A stretch of 64,000 nucleotides of DNA, taken from assembly GCF_041956535.1 (NCBI RefSeq), contig NW_027192227.1, positions 74,977 through 138,976 on the forward strand, written 5' to 3'. Below, piece after piece: positions 50,501 to 63,600 of this stretch. The notes under the pieces were generated by a model, which was not told where the DNA came from, searched no databases, and saw only the letters and a list, made by a program, of their open reading frames with translations. Numbering within the stretch: position 1 is the first letter of the stretch; the number at the start of each line of letters is the position of its first letter. The DNA comes from Calcarisporiella thermophila CBS 279.70 (taxonomy: Eukaryota; Fungi; Calcarisporiellomycota). Made by a program: the position numbers and the translations under genes.

Positions 50501-51944
50501 AGTCACTAAATGGGTAACAATGTTGCTGCATTATTTGGAGAGGAGTTTCTAAAGTATAAATTTAGGTTCTCAGGAAAGGTGGAAAAGGAATACCGGCTAG
50601 CTGGAAGGATTGCCGGAGAGGCTATTCGCGAAATAAGAACCATCGCGTCACTCGCAGCTGAGAATGTTTTCGAAAAGAAGTATGCAGGTTGGTGATACTT
50701 GCGTCTAGCATTTATTTTCAGCTATGTCTGATGAATGTAATTTTATATACAGAATATTGCCAAGTACCCCATAGTTTCGCAATGAAAAAGGCTTTTATTA
50801 CCTCCATTGGATATGGTTTATCTGAAGGATTATATCATCTCGCTCATATCTTGGGATTATACCTCGGAGCACGTTTCATACATTCTGGTGAAATGACCTC
50901 TCAGCAAGTTACAGTAGTGCTATTTACAGTAGTATGGTCATCTCGGGGACTTAGTCAATTCTCCAATCAGATGCCCAGGTTTGTAAAGGCTAAACAAGCT
51001 GCCATCAATTTATTTGAGTTGCTGGATAAAAAAACGACGATCGATCCAGATGCAACGGGTAGATGTGAAGCTATAGCTCCTGGAACCGCAGAATTGCAAA
51101 ATACTGCTTTCTCATATCCGATGAGATCCGACACAATTATATTAAGAGATATATCGATGCTAATTCAACGATATCAAAAGATCGCCCTAGTAGGTCCGAG
51201 TGGGTGTGGAAAATCGACCATCATTTCTTTGCTTCTCCGATGGTATGATTGCGATTCGGGTGCAGTATCCGTTGATGGAATGAATGTCAAAGAATGGCAG
51301 CTGGATTCGATGCGACAAAGAATTGCCTATGTTGGTCAAGAGCCAGTGCTTTTCGATATGACGGTGAAGGAGAATATCTTACTAGGGCGGCGAAAGGACC
51401 AAGAAGTGACGCAAGAGGATATCGAAGAGGTGGCAAAGAAGGCAAATATACATGATTTCATCTGCAGTCTTCCCAATGGATATCATACACGAGTGGGTGA
51501 TAAGGGAAAGCAGCTGTCAGGAGGTCAAAAGCAAAGAATCGCAATCGCAAGGGCTCTGTTGAGAAAACCCGAAATCCTATTGTTGGATGAAGCCACCAGT
51601 GCACTTGATTCAGACTCGGAGAAGCTGGTGCAAGAAGCACTAGATAGTGCCATGGTAGGGCGTACAACGCTTGTCATTGCCCATCGGTTATCTACCGTGC
51701 AAGATTCGGATCTTATCAGTGAGTGCTTTCATATTCTCAAAGTTGAATAAGTGTCACTAATCCCTATATTATTAGTCGTAATGAAAGATGGTGAGATAAA
51801 GGAAGCAGGGTAAGATTATTTTTACTTAATTCATCCATCGCTTGCTATTGATTTGACAATGTTACAATTAACAGTGATCATACCAAATTGGTCGCGTATC
51901 CTGGGATATACCGGGAGCTAGTGAAACAACAGAAACTGAGCTAA
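47552..51944 (+). CDS. ABCB-5: intact full-size ABCB/MDR1-like ABC exporter, ~1259 aa, 11 exons
   Basis: Exons 47552-47733, 47791-48013, 48076-48526, 48592-48742, 48806-49919, 49981-50083, 50150-50513, 50566-50687, 50753-51718, 51776-51809, 51875-51944 (3780 nt, in frame); all NBD motifs are canonical. Confidence 0.93.
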
Positions 51945-52906
51945 CAGTGATATAATAGTCTGTAATCTGCGCCCATGCTTCACGATAGTAAGGTGGTATT
52001 ATTACACAATACGGGCAATTCCCAATGAATTATATAAGAAATCTTACAGATTTCTTTTGGTGGGCTTGCCATATGTCAAACTGTCGAAGAACGATATAAA
52101 CAATAAAACGAAGAATTATGTAGTTAATGATAATGATAGGAGTATATCAAGGATAAACTTATAGTAATACTTGAAACTTTTGAAAAATATCGAACCATCA
52201 GTGTTCTCACATAGAGATTTGGCTGGAATGGTTCACCTCACTACATGTTGTTATTACTATATGTATTATTATCCACCCCTTGCAGGTCACTCTAATTATA
52301 TTTGGAGGGTAGTTAATATGATTTTAATAATATAAATTGAAGATTAGTTTTAAAAATAAAAAGGCGTTATGACAATTTTGCGGGTAATCCTTTTCTTGAC
52401 TACACAATAATAACAAAGTTATTTCGCCCTATTAAATCCAGAGGTCGGCAAAGATAACAAGTTTTTATTTAGTAACTGATATCAAAAAAGACTCAAAATT
52501 GTGTACTTGCTATCCTAAAGCACACAATACATCAAAAAAGAAATATAATGCCAAATAATTGTGTAGAATCTAATTTCATGTCATGTGATATATTAATGAG
52601 TCGCCTTGCTGCACAAAGCGTACTGTATTCTTCATGGTCCATTTGTTACAGTATGTTGCTTCTCTCCTATCAACAATACTGTATCTACAAATTCTACTAT
52701 ATTCACGTCACAGCAACCAGATTAAGCTTGTACTATATTGAAATTACCTGAAAACTTATTGCAAAATGGAATGGGCTATTCGAATCTATCGGAATTTTAA
52801 ATATGGTGGTAAGCTCTCGATTTCCATATCAAAGATCCACCACTGGATTTGGGAGAGAAAATAGATAATCCTGATTCATTTCATTTCAAGAGCAGCTTTT
52901 ACCGCC

Positions 52907-54917
52907 ATGTATACTCGCCAATTGTTAACTGCGCCAATGGATACCGTGTGCATCACTTCTGCGAACGATTCTGTAGATGGAACAGAAAGCCATCTGTGGA
53001 AGCGTCCTAATCTTTGGGATAAGTTCATGACTACAGATCTTTTGCACGTCCAATTCAAGTTGAATTCATATACTGATCTACATCATCTTTTCAGTGCTCA
53101 ATACCTTTTGGATAGCATCTTACTACCTGAAAACCTTTTTCACTCTAAGGTATACACATATACCACCAACAGAAAGCATACAAATTACTGCTCATACTTC
53201 AAAATTCCTACTTTCCCGAGACCAATTGAAGACAAAATCATAAGACGGCCGACAAGATCTAACAATGTCAAAGAGAAGTTGTTCACTGATCAACTTTTTC
53301 ACGTCTATCTGAGTGCGTGCGGTATAGACTCTATGCACCCAGACCGTGAAGCATTTCTTAAAAGCTACTATTGCTGTGAACTTGATCCTGCACTCGTCCA
53401 CACCGCTGTCGCGAGAGCAGCGATCCATTTATTTATCAAATATCCAGAGACACCACTTATGAGTATGCTTCAAGTGAGAATATGGAGTCTGATTACGCAG
53501 GCAAAACAATCATTATCGGATGTTTTTGATGATCCATCTCTGCAGATTGTGCTTGCTTATTCAAATATGGATACATGTCNNNNNNNNNNNNNNNNNNNNN
53601 NNNNNNNNNNNNNNNNNNNNNNNNNNNNNNNNNNNNNNNNNNNNNNNNNNNNNNNNNNNNNNNNNNNNNNNNNNNNNNNNNNNNNNNNNNNNNNNNNNNN
53701 NNNNNNNNNNNNNNNNNNNNNNNNNNNNNNNNNNNNNNNNNNNNNNNNNNNNNNNNNNNNNNNNNNNNNNNNNNNNNNNNNNNNNNNNNNNNNNNNNNNN
53801 NNNNNNNNNNNNNNNNNNNNNNNNNNNNNNNNNNNNNNNNNNNNNNNNNNNNNNNNNNNNNNNNNNNNNNNNNNNNNNNNNNNNNNNNNNNNNNNNNNNN
53901 NNNNNNNNNNNNNNNNNNNNNNNNNNNNNNNNNNNNNNNNNNNNNNNNNNNNNNNNNNNNNNNNNNNNNNNNNNNNNNNNNNNNNNNNNNNNNNNNNNNN
54001 NNNNNNNNNNNNNNNNNNNNNNNNNNNNNNNNNNNNNNNNNNNNNNNNNNNNNNNNNNNNNNNNNNNNNNNNNNNNNNNNNNNNNNNNNNNNNNNNNNNN
54101 NNNNNNNNNNNNNNNNNNNNNNNNNNNNNNNNNNNNNNNNNNNNNNNNNNNNNNNNNNNNNNNNNNNNNNNNNNNNNNNNNNCTGATAGTTCAATTTATC
54201 AAGTTAACTAACTACTGTAAATATTTTAGATTCAAATCTTAAATAGAATAGTCGCGTATTCTAAGCTCTTGGAGCTACAGAACATTGATTGGACACTTCC
54301 TGATGTTGCAATTGTGGAAAAACTGGCTGGCCTTGCAGCTTATTTGCAAAATGAGCATACCGAATTACTTCAATGTTGCACTAAAGGCAAACTGCAAAAA
54401 ATATACTCACCTCTATTGAATTCTGATTTTTGGGCAGATTGGAGTTCTCTTTGGAGACAATTTATCAAATCGGATGCACCTACCGGGAGACTGGAAACGA
54501 ATTTGATGCAGCAATTGCGTGAGAAAGCATTCGACGAGTATGTCAAGGTAAAAGTATTTTTGGATTTATGCATACTCACTGGTTAGTGCTATACTTTCTC
54601 TACTCTCCACTAAGCAGAGTTTGGTCTATCGCATAAGGTTCTTTGAATGGGCAATTAGTTCCCGAACCAAATGCAAACTAAGATTTGATGTAGTGATGGT
54701 TTGTGTTTGCGAAGATGTTAAATTCATCTCTCAAACGCATCCAAGTGTTCAAATAAGGCGCGGGATATTCCAAGAGCTTATTCATATAATAAATATTCTG
54801 CAATCTTCGGAGCCCAGAGGAATCTTGACGCAGCTACTCACACGTCAATTCCTGAATGTGTTAGAGGAGGTCAAACCAACCGTATTTTCAAAGGAGGTGC
54901 TGGAACGAGCGATCTGA
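52907..54917 (+). CDS. MHR-8: Fungal_trans/MHR-like protein without Zn2Cys6 domain (assembly gap inside)
   Basis: GCCATG at 52907; exon 1 is open to the gap; exons 3 and 4 are intact. Confidence 0.72.
53580..54182. other. Assembly gap (603 N)
   Basis: Run of N at the same homologous position as the MHR-7 gap. Confidence 0.99.
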
Positions 54918-55069
54918 AATATGCGGAATTATATCAGAAATTGGAAGAAAATATTTTGGAATGGAAGGATTAATGAAAAGGCTCGAAGAATTTATATTAT
55001 ACAGCGTACTTAAAAATATCTTTTTATTCTAATTGTTTAGCTCAATTAATTCTTCGTAGTTAACTCTAT

Positions 55070-58000
55070 ATTTGTGGCAATGCAAACTGCTTGGGTCTTG
55101 ACTCTCTGAGCCCGAGTATATAAACCACGGAATCTCAAAATAGATTTGATGGTTTGCTATTTCTGTGTATTTATCCCTTAATTGCTCCGATCGCCTTCTT
55201 GAATATTTATATTCTGTATACTGTTGTCTTGTTCCTCATCGATTTGATCTATTTATTAAGTCAACCATTACGAACCGTTATAGATAATGCATAAGTGGTA
55301 AATGTTATTATGCAAGTTTCTTTGATATGATATTCTTTGATCAAATGATGACCAAGTGTCCTCTTCTCTTTGCTACATTTTCTCTCGCGATATATCCGGC
55401 GTACTGGATCAATATTCTTGCGTAGCCATGGAGAGTAAAGAAGGGGCGATATGGTAGACCACAGCCTATTAAATACATCCCATAGAAAATATTGTTATTG
55501 CTGATGGCGATCTCTAAATGAGAGAAAGAATTCAAAACAAGCGTATACTCCTAACGCGTGGGCTGTTGCATTTTATTTTATCATCATATCTCTCTTCGAA
55601 AAGCTCAATTGCAATATTGTCAACAACACAAATGTACTAGCATATAACTTAATACATTACTCGAGAAGGCAATATTGTTTATGAATAAGTCTTGTTTGGT
55701 TATTAGTTTGTAATAATAATGTTGCTTCTGGCAAAGGTCGCATCCATTTGGCTGTGAAGCATAAAGGATTGTATACAAGATAAATAGAATAATCTATATA
55801 TTCAATTAATTTTACATTCATCTTACAACATGTCTCACATTGTAGTATTTGGCGACTTCAGAAGATAATAATACCTATTCTTTGTCATAGCTAGGAGCAC
55901 GTTATCGAAGTAAAGGAAATATGCAGTGGGTTTATATTAGGATCAAAAAAGGCGAGGTGAAAACAATAAAAGATAAAGAACGCTTGGTCAAAATAACACT
56001 AAGCATAATTCAAAGTAATGAGTAATACTGGATATTTCAAATAACCTTTACAGTTGTTGTATATCATGTTTAACTGCCCGTAGACATCTAGTTAGTTTCA
56101 TGACTACAGATGGACTTAGAGGCCACTACCTTAGCATTTTAATCGCGATAGTCCGGTAGTTTGGCACACATATTAGTAAAGATCTGGCAAACTTTTTCTA
56201 TTTTATTATTCTCGTATGCCACGCATTTCCATGGATTCAATACGTTTCCCAACGGTCTCTGCTTCCCAGCTTCATCTCGGCAACATTTACTGGGCTGCAT
56301 ATGGCAAATGGGGATTGCGCGCTTCAACTCTCAGCTCCAATTGCGCAAAGTCCGGGTTCTGTAGCAGCCGATACGCCAAGTTTCTCAAGTGCCCAGATTT
56401 GAGAGAACCTCGCCGGGATAGCTTAGATTTTGACGAAGCCGCTCTGCCTCGCCGTTTGCAGCGAAAGTTTTGTGAGAAAATCCTGCGGAATCACTGGATC
56501 ACAAGTCTCTCCCAATCACCCAGTGCCTGAGTCCAGGTGAATCATCGGACTTTCAATCATCTCGCCAGATTTGGAAAGAATTCATATTGCTTAACATAGC
56601 TGGTTCGCTACTCAAAAGCATTCGATATTGCATTCAAATGGGGCAGCTTTACTCGCTTTTCAACGATCCATTGGCTGTATTGCCCCTGCATTGATGGAGC
56701 CGCGCTGCCATAAACCATTCCGCCTTCGTCGTGAGGAGAACCAAAGCGGCTCAAGCACGTTCAATGCTTTCATTTCGCTCTCTCGAGGCATTCGCCTTAA
56801 TCTCAGGCCACTTAGCCACCACCCTTCCGAACTCCGTCATCCCCTTTGGCCCAGTCCGTCCACAGGAGGTCCGGCCGCTATTGCCGCCAAATGCACTTAA
56901 ACTGGGAGAAGCGCTTGCCGTTGCTCACCTATTCCCACCTTCCGTTCGAACTGTCGCTTCAACCAAGCGATAAGTTAGCACACATGAGATGAACGAGACG
57001 CGTTATACGCTTTTGCTGGGGCGCTCTCAGCCGCCCATCTTGTCCCGATTTAACGGCAGGGGAAGGCGAGACGTAGAAGAGTTGCTCTGGAGACACGAGG
57101 ACTTTCACTCGATGAATGCCTCGGTACTCCATACTCTTTATCAATGGAGACAAGCTCGGAGAATGCACAATAATAGTCGCTACCACCGCACAGGGCTTCG
57201 CCACGAATAATGCGAGGTAAGCAAAGGAAGTGGATGGACTTATTACACAAGGAGTGGCTGGAGAGTTCGATTCTCCTTGGGCAACACAAGTGTGACTTGT
57301 GCAAAGCGAGATGGAAGGCTACGCTGTTGCGCCGGCCTCCGACGATTGACCGTTGGGACTGCCGCTGACTATTATTCCACACCGAGGATTACTGTCTTAT
57401 TGCCCTATTTCTGCGGAAATCCATGATCTAGGTTGTTCGATGCCAAAAGAGGATTTTATCAAATATATCTTGCGACAAAGGAGGATCGATCAGGGACTGC
57501 ATTTCGAACCCATGGAGTCAATAACAGCATACTCGAAAGCCGCTCTTTAAGAATAGGTACTTCATTTTCCAGAAACCAATGGATCGATTCGTTGGAAAAT
57601 ATTACTAGGACTTTGCGGTAGTCAATAGCGGTGATATGAGGTTAACCCTTCGAGCAGGACCAGTGAAGAACACGTTTTGGACAGCTCGAAGATACTCTCT
57701 ACTTGTTCAAAGAGAGCTCGTTCATTGAAATAGTCATGCGTCTTCTTCCCCAATCTCACCGCGCATGTCCATCCTGCTTCTGGTCCAAAGATAGCCCCCC
57801 TTGTAGAAGAAACGTGTGTTCTCTTGCAGCGTGTAAAACCAATTGCAGTGTAATATTTTTGGCTTTTCAACATACTACCGCTTTGTACGAGATTAGAAGC
57901 TATCTCTAAGCCACCAACTAGAGCGTTCAAAACTGGCACTTTTCAGCAGTCTTCATTTACATTTCCAATAGTGACCATGCAATGCAACAATTTTAGCTTA

Positions 58001-60040
58001 TCCTGGCTTTATCCAACCATTCCGTCATTTCATCGATGCAAAAACTCTCAGACTCGATACTGTATTTGCGCGATAATATGACGATGCAGACGCTGGTGAG
58101 CTGGCTTAAAGTAACATCCGCTATCTTTCCGCGTCAGCTCAAATCTGCAGAGCAATATTATTGGCATCCGAGTTGAAGTGTCTAGCCGTAATAGGGTCAC
58201 TCGCCAATCTTGCCAGCTCCAAGTTTCAGTTCATTACCGGCCATATTTTCCTCTGATGAGTTATAGAATTCGATAGCCGTGTAGGCCAGATTCCATCTCT
58301 GATCAATTCATCTAGGATCTCGCCGCAATATTATGACTATAAATCACAACCCTTGTCGATCTCACGCCAACGTAGATTCAATATATAGCATGTTTTCTCC
58401 AGAAGTAAACGCCGCTTTTACTCTCTCGATCACTCAGAACTTCACTGACAAGGGACGCGCTTGTTACGATAACGATCAAAAGTTCATATATATTATCCGC
58501 ATTCTAACACTAAACCCCAAGGTCAGAAGTACTTAAGCTCACGCATTCTTTGCGAAAAATGGACTTTTATTCCTACAGAGTTCAGACAAGTAAGGTCATA
58601 ATCGTTACTTCTTGATCTTTCGTATTTCAGACACTCACAACTCCAAGCAGTGCACTGCGTTCCTAGCTCGGCCTATTCTGAAAGAAACAGGGCGTTAGAA
58701 TAGCTACATCGACAATAATATTGTCTCAAAATGGCATGAATGCTCGATGCTATGTATCAAGCTACGCTCTTTGCTAACGGAAGAAATCGTCGAATTAGAA
58801 CGCGCTTGACCTATTTTCTCCATTGCATATACCAAGAGAACAGCGGAAAGAAGTTTCCGTGGACTGGATCGCTAAATTCCCGCGAACACCGGATGTCCTC
58901 GACGTGACACAGGAGGTAGTAGTTCGATTGACTTTTTGCAATCAACGCGATCGTCACGGCAGCTCAACTCTCCCAACTCGCTCGGTTTTATTTGAACAAG
59001 CTATTTCTGCTCCACAGTAGAATTCGAGTGTAGCATGCCAGACAGAGATATCAGTTCACGTCAGCATTCTGGAACTGGCTCCTTTCGACACTATGAGTAT
59101 GATTGCTGAGAATGGTTTACCACTCTCGGACAGATAAACAAACCGAGCAAGTTCCATCGGTCACTAGTTGAAGTACTTCATCGCTTCTACAATTTATATC
59201 CTAACCCCTGGGATCGATATCTTGTATTCATGGAATTTCCTATAGCAATTCCACTCGTTCAACAATTGGAATATTACCATACTTTCAAGACTTAGATTTC
59301 CATCCTCACTGCTGATCCCGCACACTGAATCACTTCGGGTAAATTAGGTGGATTATTTTCTACAAGATCACTCTACTGCTTTCGGCTCAAGACGGCATAG
59401 CATCGTCCTGTTGAACTTGAAGATGGCGTTATTGGGATGCTTTCTACAGAGTAATGTCAACACCTTGTGAACATCGACTAAACTACAATAAAGCTCCTCC
59501 TTAATGAACTAGAAAGAGAGTTCGCGTGCCTACACACTTTTCGAATTTACGGGATGATAATCATGACTCAACCGAAGCATTTCGTTAACACTTTAAACAT
59601 ACTCATGGCATCCGTGCAACATACTCCTCTCGATTTCCATGACAATACCAGATTATGTGATTTCTAGTACGTGTGCACAGAAAAAGAGTTGGTCAAATGG
59701 CAATGATATCCAGTTGAAGATACGAGAGAATCACTAGACTGCTATTTGATGTTCGACGAGTTAATCCGCCATATTTTCTCATTCTTCGCAACAACTGACT
59801 TTGGATGGGGGACAATGTAGCGGTCAGCTTATTTACCCTTATCTCATATCATGAGATAAAGTTTTTTGTTGTCATTTTATTGTTACGTTTTTTTTTTTTG
59901 TTGTACAATCATTTCAAGGATGCATTTTGAATTTGATCTTGGGAATCTTTTTTTTTTCTAATCCAGCTGTATATAAGCACCCCTATTTTTCTTTTAATTT
60001 TTACACGGTCACGATGTTTACCTGCTGAAACGAGCCAATA
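55070..60040 (+). mobile_element. Degenerate Ty3/gypsy chromovirus-like LTR retrotransposon
   Basis: LTR-like block 55070-55280; gag region from ~56180; RT (LFDAKRGFYQI, TAFRTHG); RNase H (HNPCRSHANVDSI); integrase (EVSVDWIAKFPRT, YHSRTDKQTE); chromodomain remnant; PPT GGATGGGGGACAA; 3' LTR starting TGTAGCGG at 59816. Confidence 0.8.
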
Positions 60041-60616
60041 TTGCTCCAAGATGCCGCTCCTTGCAATTAAATAGGTCAGCTACTTTTTTCCAGTACCATG
60101 TGAAAACCTTAACGTTAAAATTGACTCTATTCAATAGCCTGAGAATAAATTCTTTTTTCGATGACACGAATAATAGTTTATAAAAGCAACATATACTTTT
60201 GCCATACGTACCATGATACGCTTCTAACTGAAATGGTAAAGTTTTCAATTAAGAAGCGTCGAAACTGCAAACATACTTTTATTATTTGATTCCCGTATAC
60301 GGGTTTTTGCCAGACGCTTGCAATGTTAAAGATTCTGCACATAACTTGTAACTCAATTGTTTGACGAAAATTAGGTGGCTTTGATATTCCACGCTTACTA
60401 TCAAAGCAATACAAACGCTAACCTCAAACCCTCTAATATGCTTTGGGTTATTGACACATTAACTCTAGAGTATGTTTGAGTTGTAAACTAGAGAATATAT
60501 AAAAGACTTTTTCGAGGTGGGTGCCCCTTGTGCGAGTTATCCTTGAGCGTGTTTTATTATTATATTGAAATTCAAGTGATTTTATCTAAAAGAAGGGTAC
60601 CTTATATAAGTAATCT

Positions 60617-63600
60617 ATGGAGCTTTCCGACTTAAATGGTGCCAACAATACGAATTCCGCCCAATGCCCAAGAAAAAAAAAGTTTTTGAACAATCCATTC
60701 CTCAAACTGCGAGCTCAAAATGATAAAACTCCCAAGATATCTTATTTTCATCTTTATCGACATGCGAGTAAGTTTGATGCATTTTTGATATTGTAGGTAT
60801 TTAGTTCGAATAGATTCGATTCCCAATGCTATTTTATTTATAAATATGGGTTCATATAGCCTCGGGGTATTATGTAGTATTACAGCAGGCATTTCTAGAG
60901 CCTTTATTTTTGTATTGTTATGGAGAGCCGTCGCAACCATTCTTTCAACAGGAGATCCTAGCACCAATAGCCATGATATCATTGGAGTCATTCTGCCGTT
61001 TTTGGGAATAGTTATTTCAGTCATGCTTTCATCTTATTTGTTAAATTGCTTTTGGTCTCTTGCGGGTGAGAACCAGACCAAGGTAAGAAATTATCTTATG
61101 TTCGAAATATAGGTTGAATGTAGTTTATACCATTTGCATAGCGTATCCGCAAGCTCTACTTCCATGCAATTCTTCACCAAGATCAGAGTTGGTTTGATCT
61201 AAACCAGTCGGAATCTTTCAACACTCGTCTTTCATCCGATACTTTGCTCATCCAAGATGGCCTTTCAGAAAAAGTGGGATTCCTTCTTAAGGACACAACC
61301 CAGGCTATATGCTGCTTTTTATTAGCATTTTATTATGGGTGGAGGCTGGCCATTGTATTACTTGCGTTTGTGCCATTGGTTATATTTTCAGGTTTTGAAT
61401 TTGCATACGTATTAAAGGGGCAGATTAAAAAAGCGCAGAATGCTTATTCGAATGCCGGGGCGCTAGTGGAACAATGTATTTCTGGAATTCGCACCATTAC
61501 CGCCTTTTCCATGCAGCATCATTTTATCGAGCTCTTCAATTCATACCTCGATGTTGCCTATTACGCTGGTATACGGAAAGCTATGAGAGCTGGTGAGATA
61601 ATGAACATTTATGATTTCTATGTGAGCGACTATGTTTAATATTGCCACTAAATTCAAGGGATTTGTATGGGGCTGGTGGAGTTAATTGATTTTAATATTT
61701 ATGGCTTTGGTTTTTGGTATGGAGCCCGCTTAATTTCTCAAGAGGTAATACCAAGAGCGGTATCACTACAAGTCTTTTTTTTAATAGTTGCCGGATCAAG
61801 CGTATTTGGGTAATATTTTTCTATTTTTTGCTAGTACCAACACGAAAATAATATTATCTAAATTTCTTTAGTCAAACAACGCCCAATTACAAGGCACTTG
61901 TGGAGGCTCAGATAGCAGCACACAAAATATTTTCCGTCATCGACCGTAAACCCACCATTTCCTCGAGTAATCAATCCCGGAATAATGGTATCAAACCAAG
62001 CACTTGCCAGGGAGAGATCGCGTTTTATGATGTCCATTTTAGCTACCCCTCTCGCCCAAGCGTCCCAGTGTTGTCAGGGATTGAACTCAACATTCCTAGT
62101 GGCAAAACCGTTGCTCTCGTTGGTGCCTCTGGAGGAGGGAAATCAACCATTACACATTTGATACAACGTTTTTATGATCCGACCTCAGGCAAGATTCTGC
62201 TGGACGGAGTGGATTTGCGCGATCTTGATGTAAGTTGGCTGCGGAAACAAATAGGAGTAGTAGGGCAGGAACCAGTCCTATTCGATGACTCTATTCGCAA
62301 CAACATCGCTCTTGGTGCTTCCAATCGCAATCCGACACAAAAAGAGATCGAGGAGGCATGTATCATGGCAAATTGTCACGATTTCATTAGCAGTCTGCCT
62401 CATGGATATGACACAAGGGTCGGTGAACTGGGCTCTCAACTATCCGGAGGCCAAAAGCAGCGCATTGCACTGGCGAGAGCCTTAATTCGTAATCCAACAA
62501 TTCTGTTGCTAGATGAAGCTACTTCTGCACTTGACACCGCATCTGAAAAACTGGTGCAAGAAGCACTGAAATCTGCATCCAAAAATCGGACGACTCTAAT
62601 CATTGCACATCGACTCTCTACAGTTCGTGAGGCCGACTGGATTGTGGTGGTAGAGAATGGAAAGATAGTTGAGCAAGGCACACATGCTCAATTAATGACG
62701 AATGAGAGTACTTATTTCACCTACGTGCAGAAGCAGCAGCTCAAAGATGATGAGGACAACAAGGATGAGAACCTCGATGGCTTATCCTTCATGAAAGCGA
62801 GTGAAGTAGACCCAGATATCAAGACGAGCGTAATAGGTGACTCGAAGCATAGCAATAAATTGAATGAGGCAATCGGGGTAGATATCAGAGCATAAAAACG
62901 CCCAATATATAGGACATTGCGAATGATGTCGCCTGAATGGAAGTTAATTGGATTAGCCACCTTTGGTGGTCTTATTATTGGAGCTGTGAGTTTATTTTCC
63001 GCCCCTTTTTTTTAATTTTATTTAATAACTCGCCAATTATTTTTTCCAGATCTATCCTATTCATGGGCCGTTAATTGGCCGTATGGTTGGTGTTCTTAGC
63101 CTGCCGGTAGATCAAGTGGAGGAAGCTGCCAAATTTTGGTCTCTTCTTTATAGTAAGTAACTCGAATTATGAGTCATTTAATATCAGATGATAATATATA
63201 ACAATATTTTGCAATATAGTTGCGCTGTCCATCACAGGTTTCACTTCAACTTTTCTAAGGGACGGAATTTCTATGTTTTGTGGTGAATGATTTGTTCGAC
63301 GATTACGAGCACAAACATTCAGCAACCTCTTACGCCAAGAAATTGCTTATTTCGACCACTCCGATCACACCTCAAGTGCTCTTACGTACAGATTAGCTAA
63401 AAGCGCCACAGAGATATCAGAGTTGCCAAAATTAATCATTGTGGATGGAGGAAGTGTTTTTTCGGCACTATTTTTTGGGTTACTCATAGCCTTTAATTAT
63501 GGGTGGAAATTGACATTGACTCTGCTACCGACCATGCCACTTATTATAGGTGCATTGATATTCAGATGGAAGTCATTGAATGGGTAACAATGCGTCGTTG

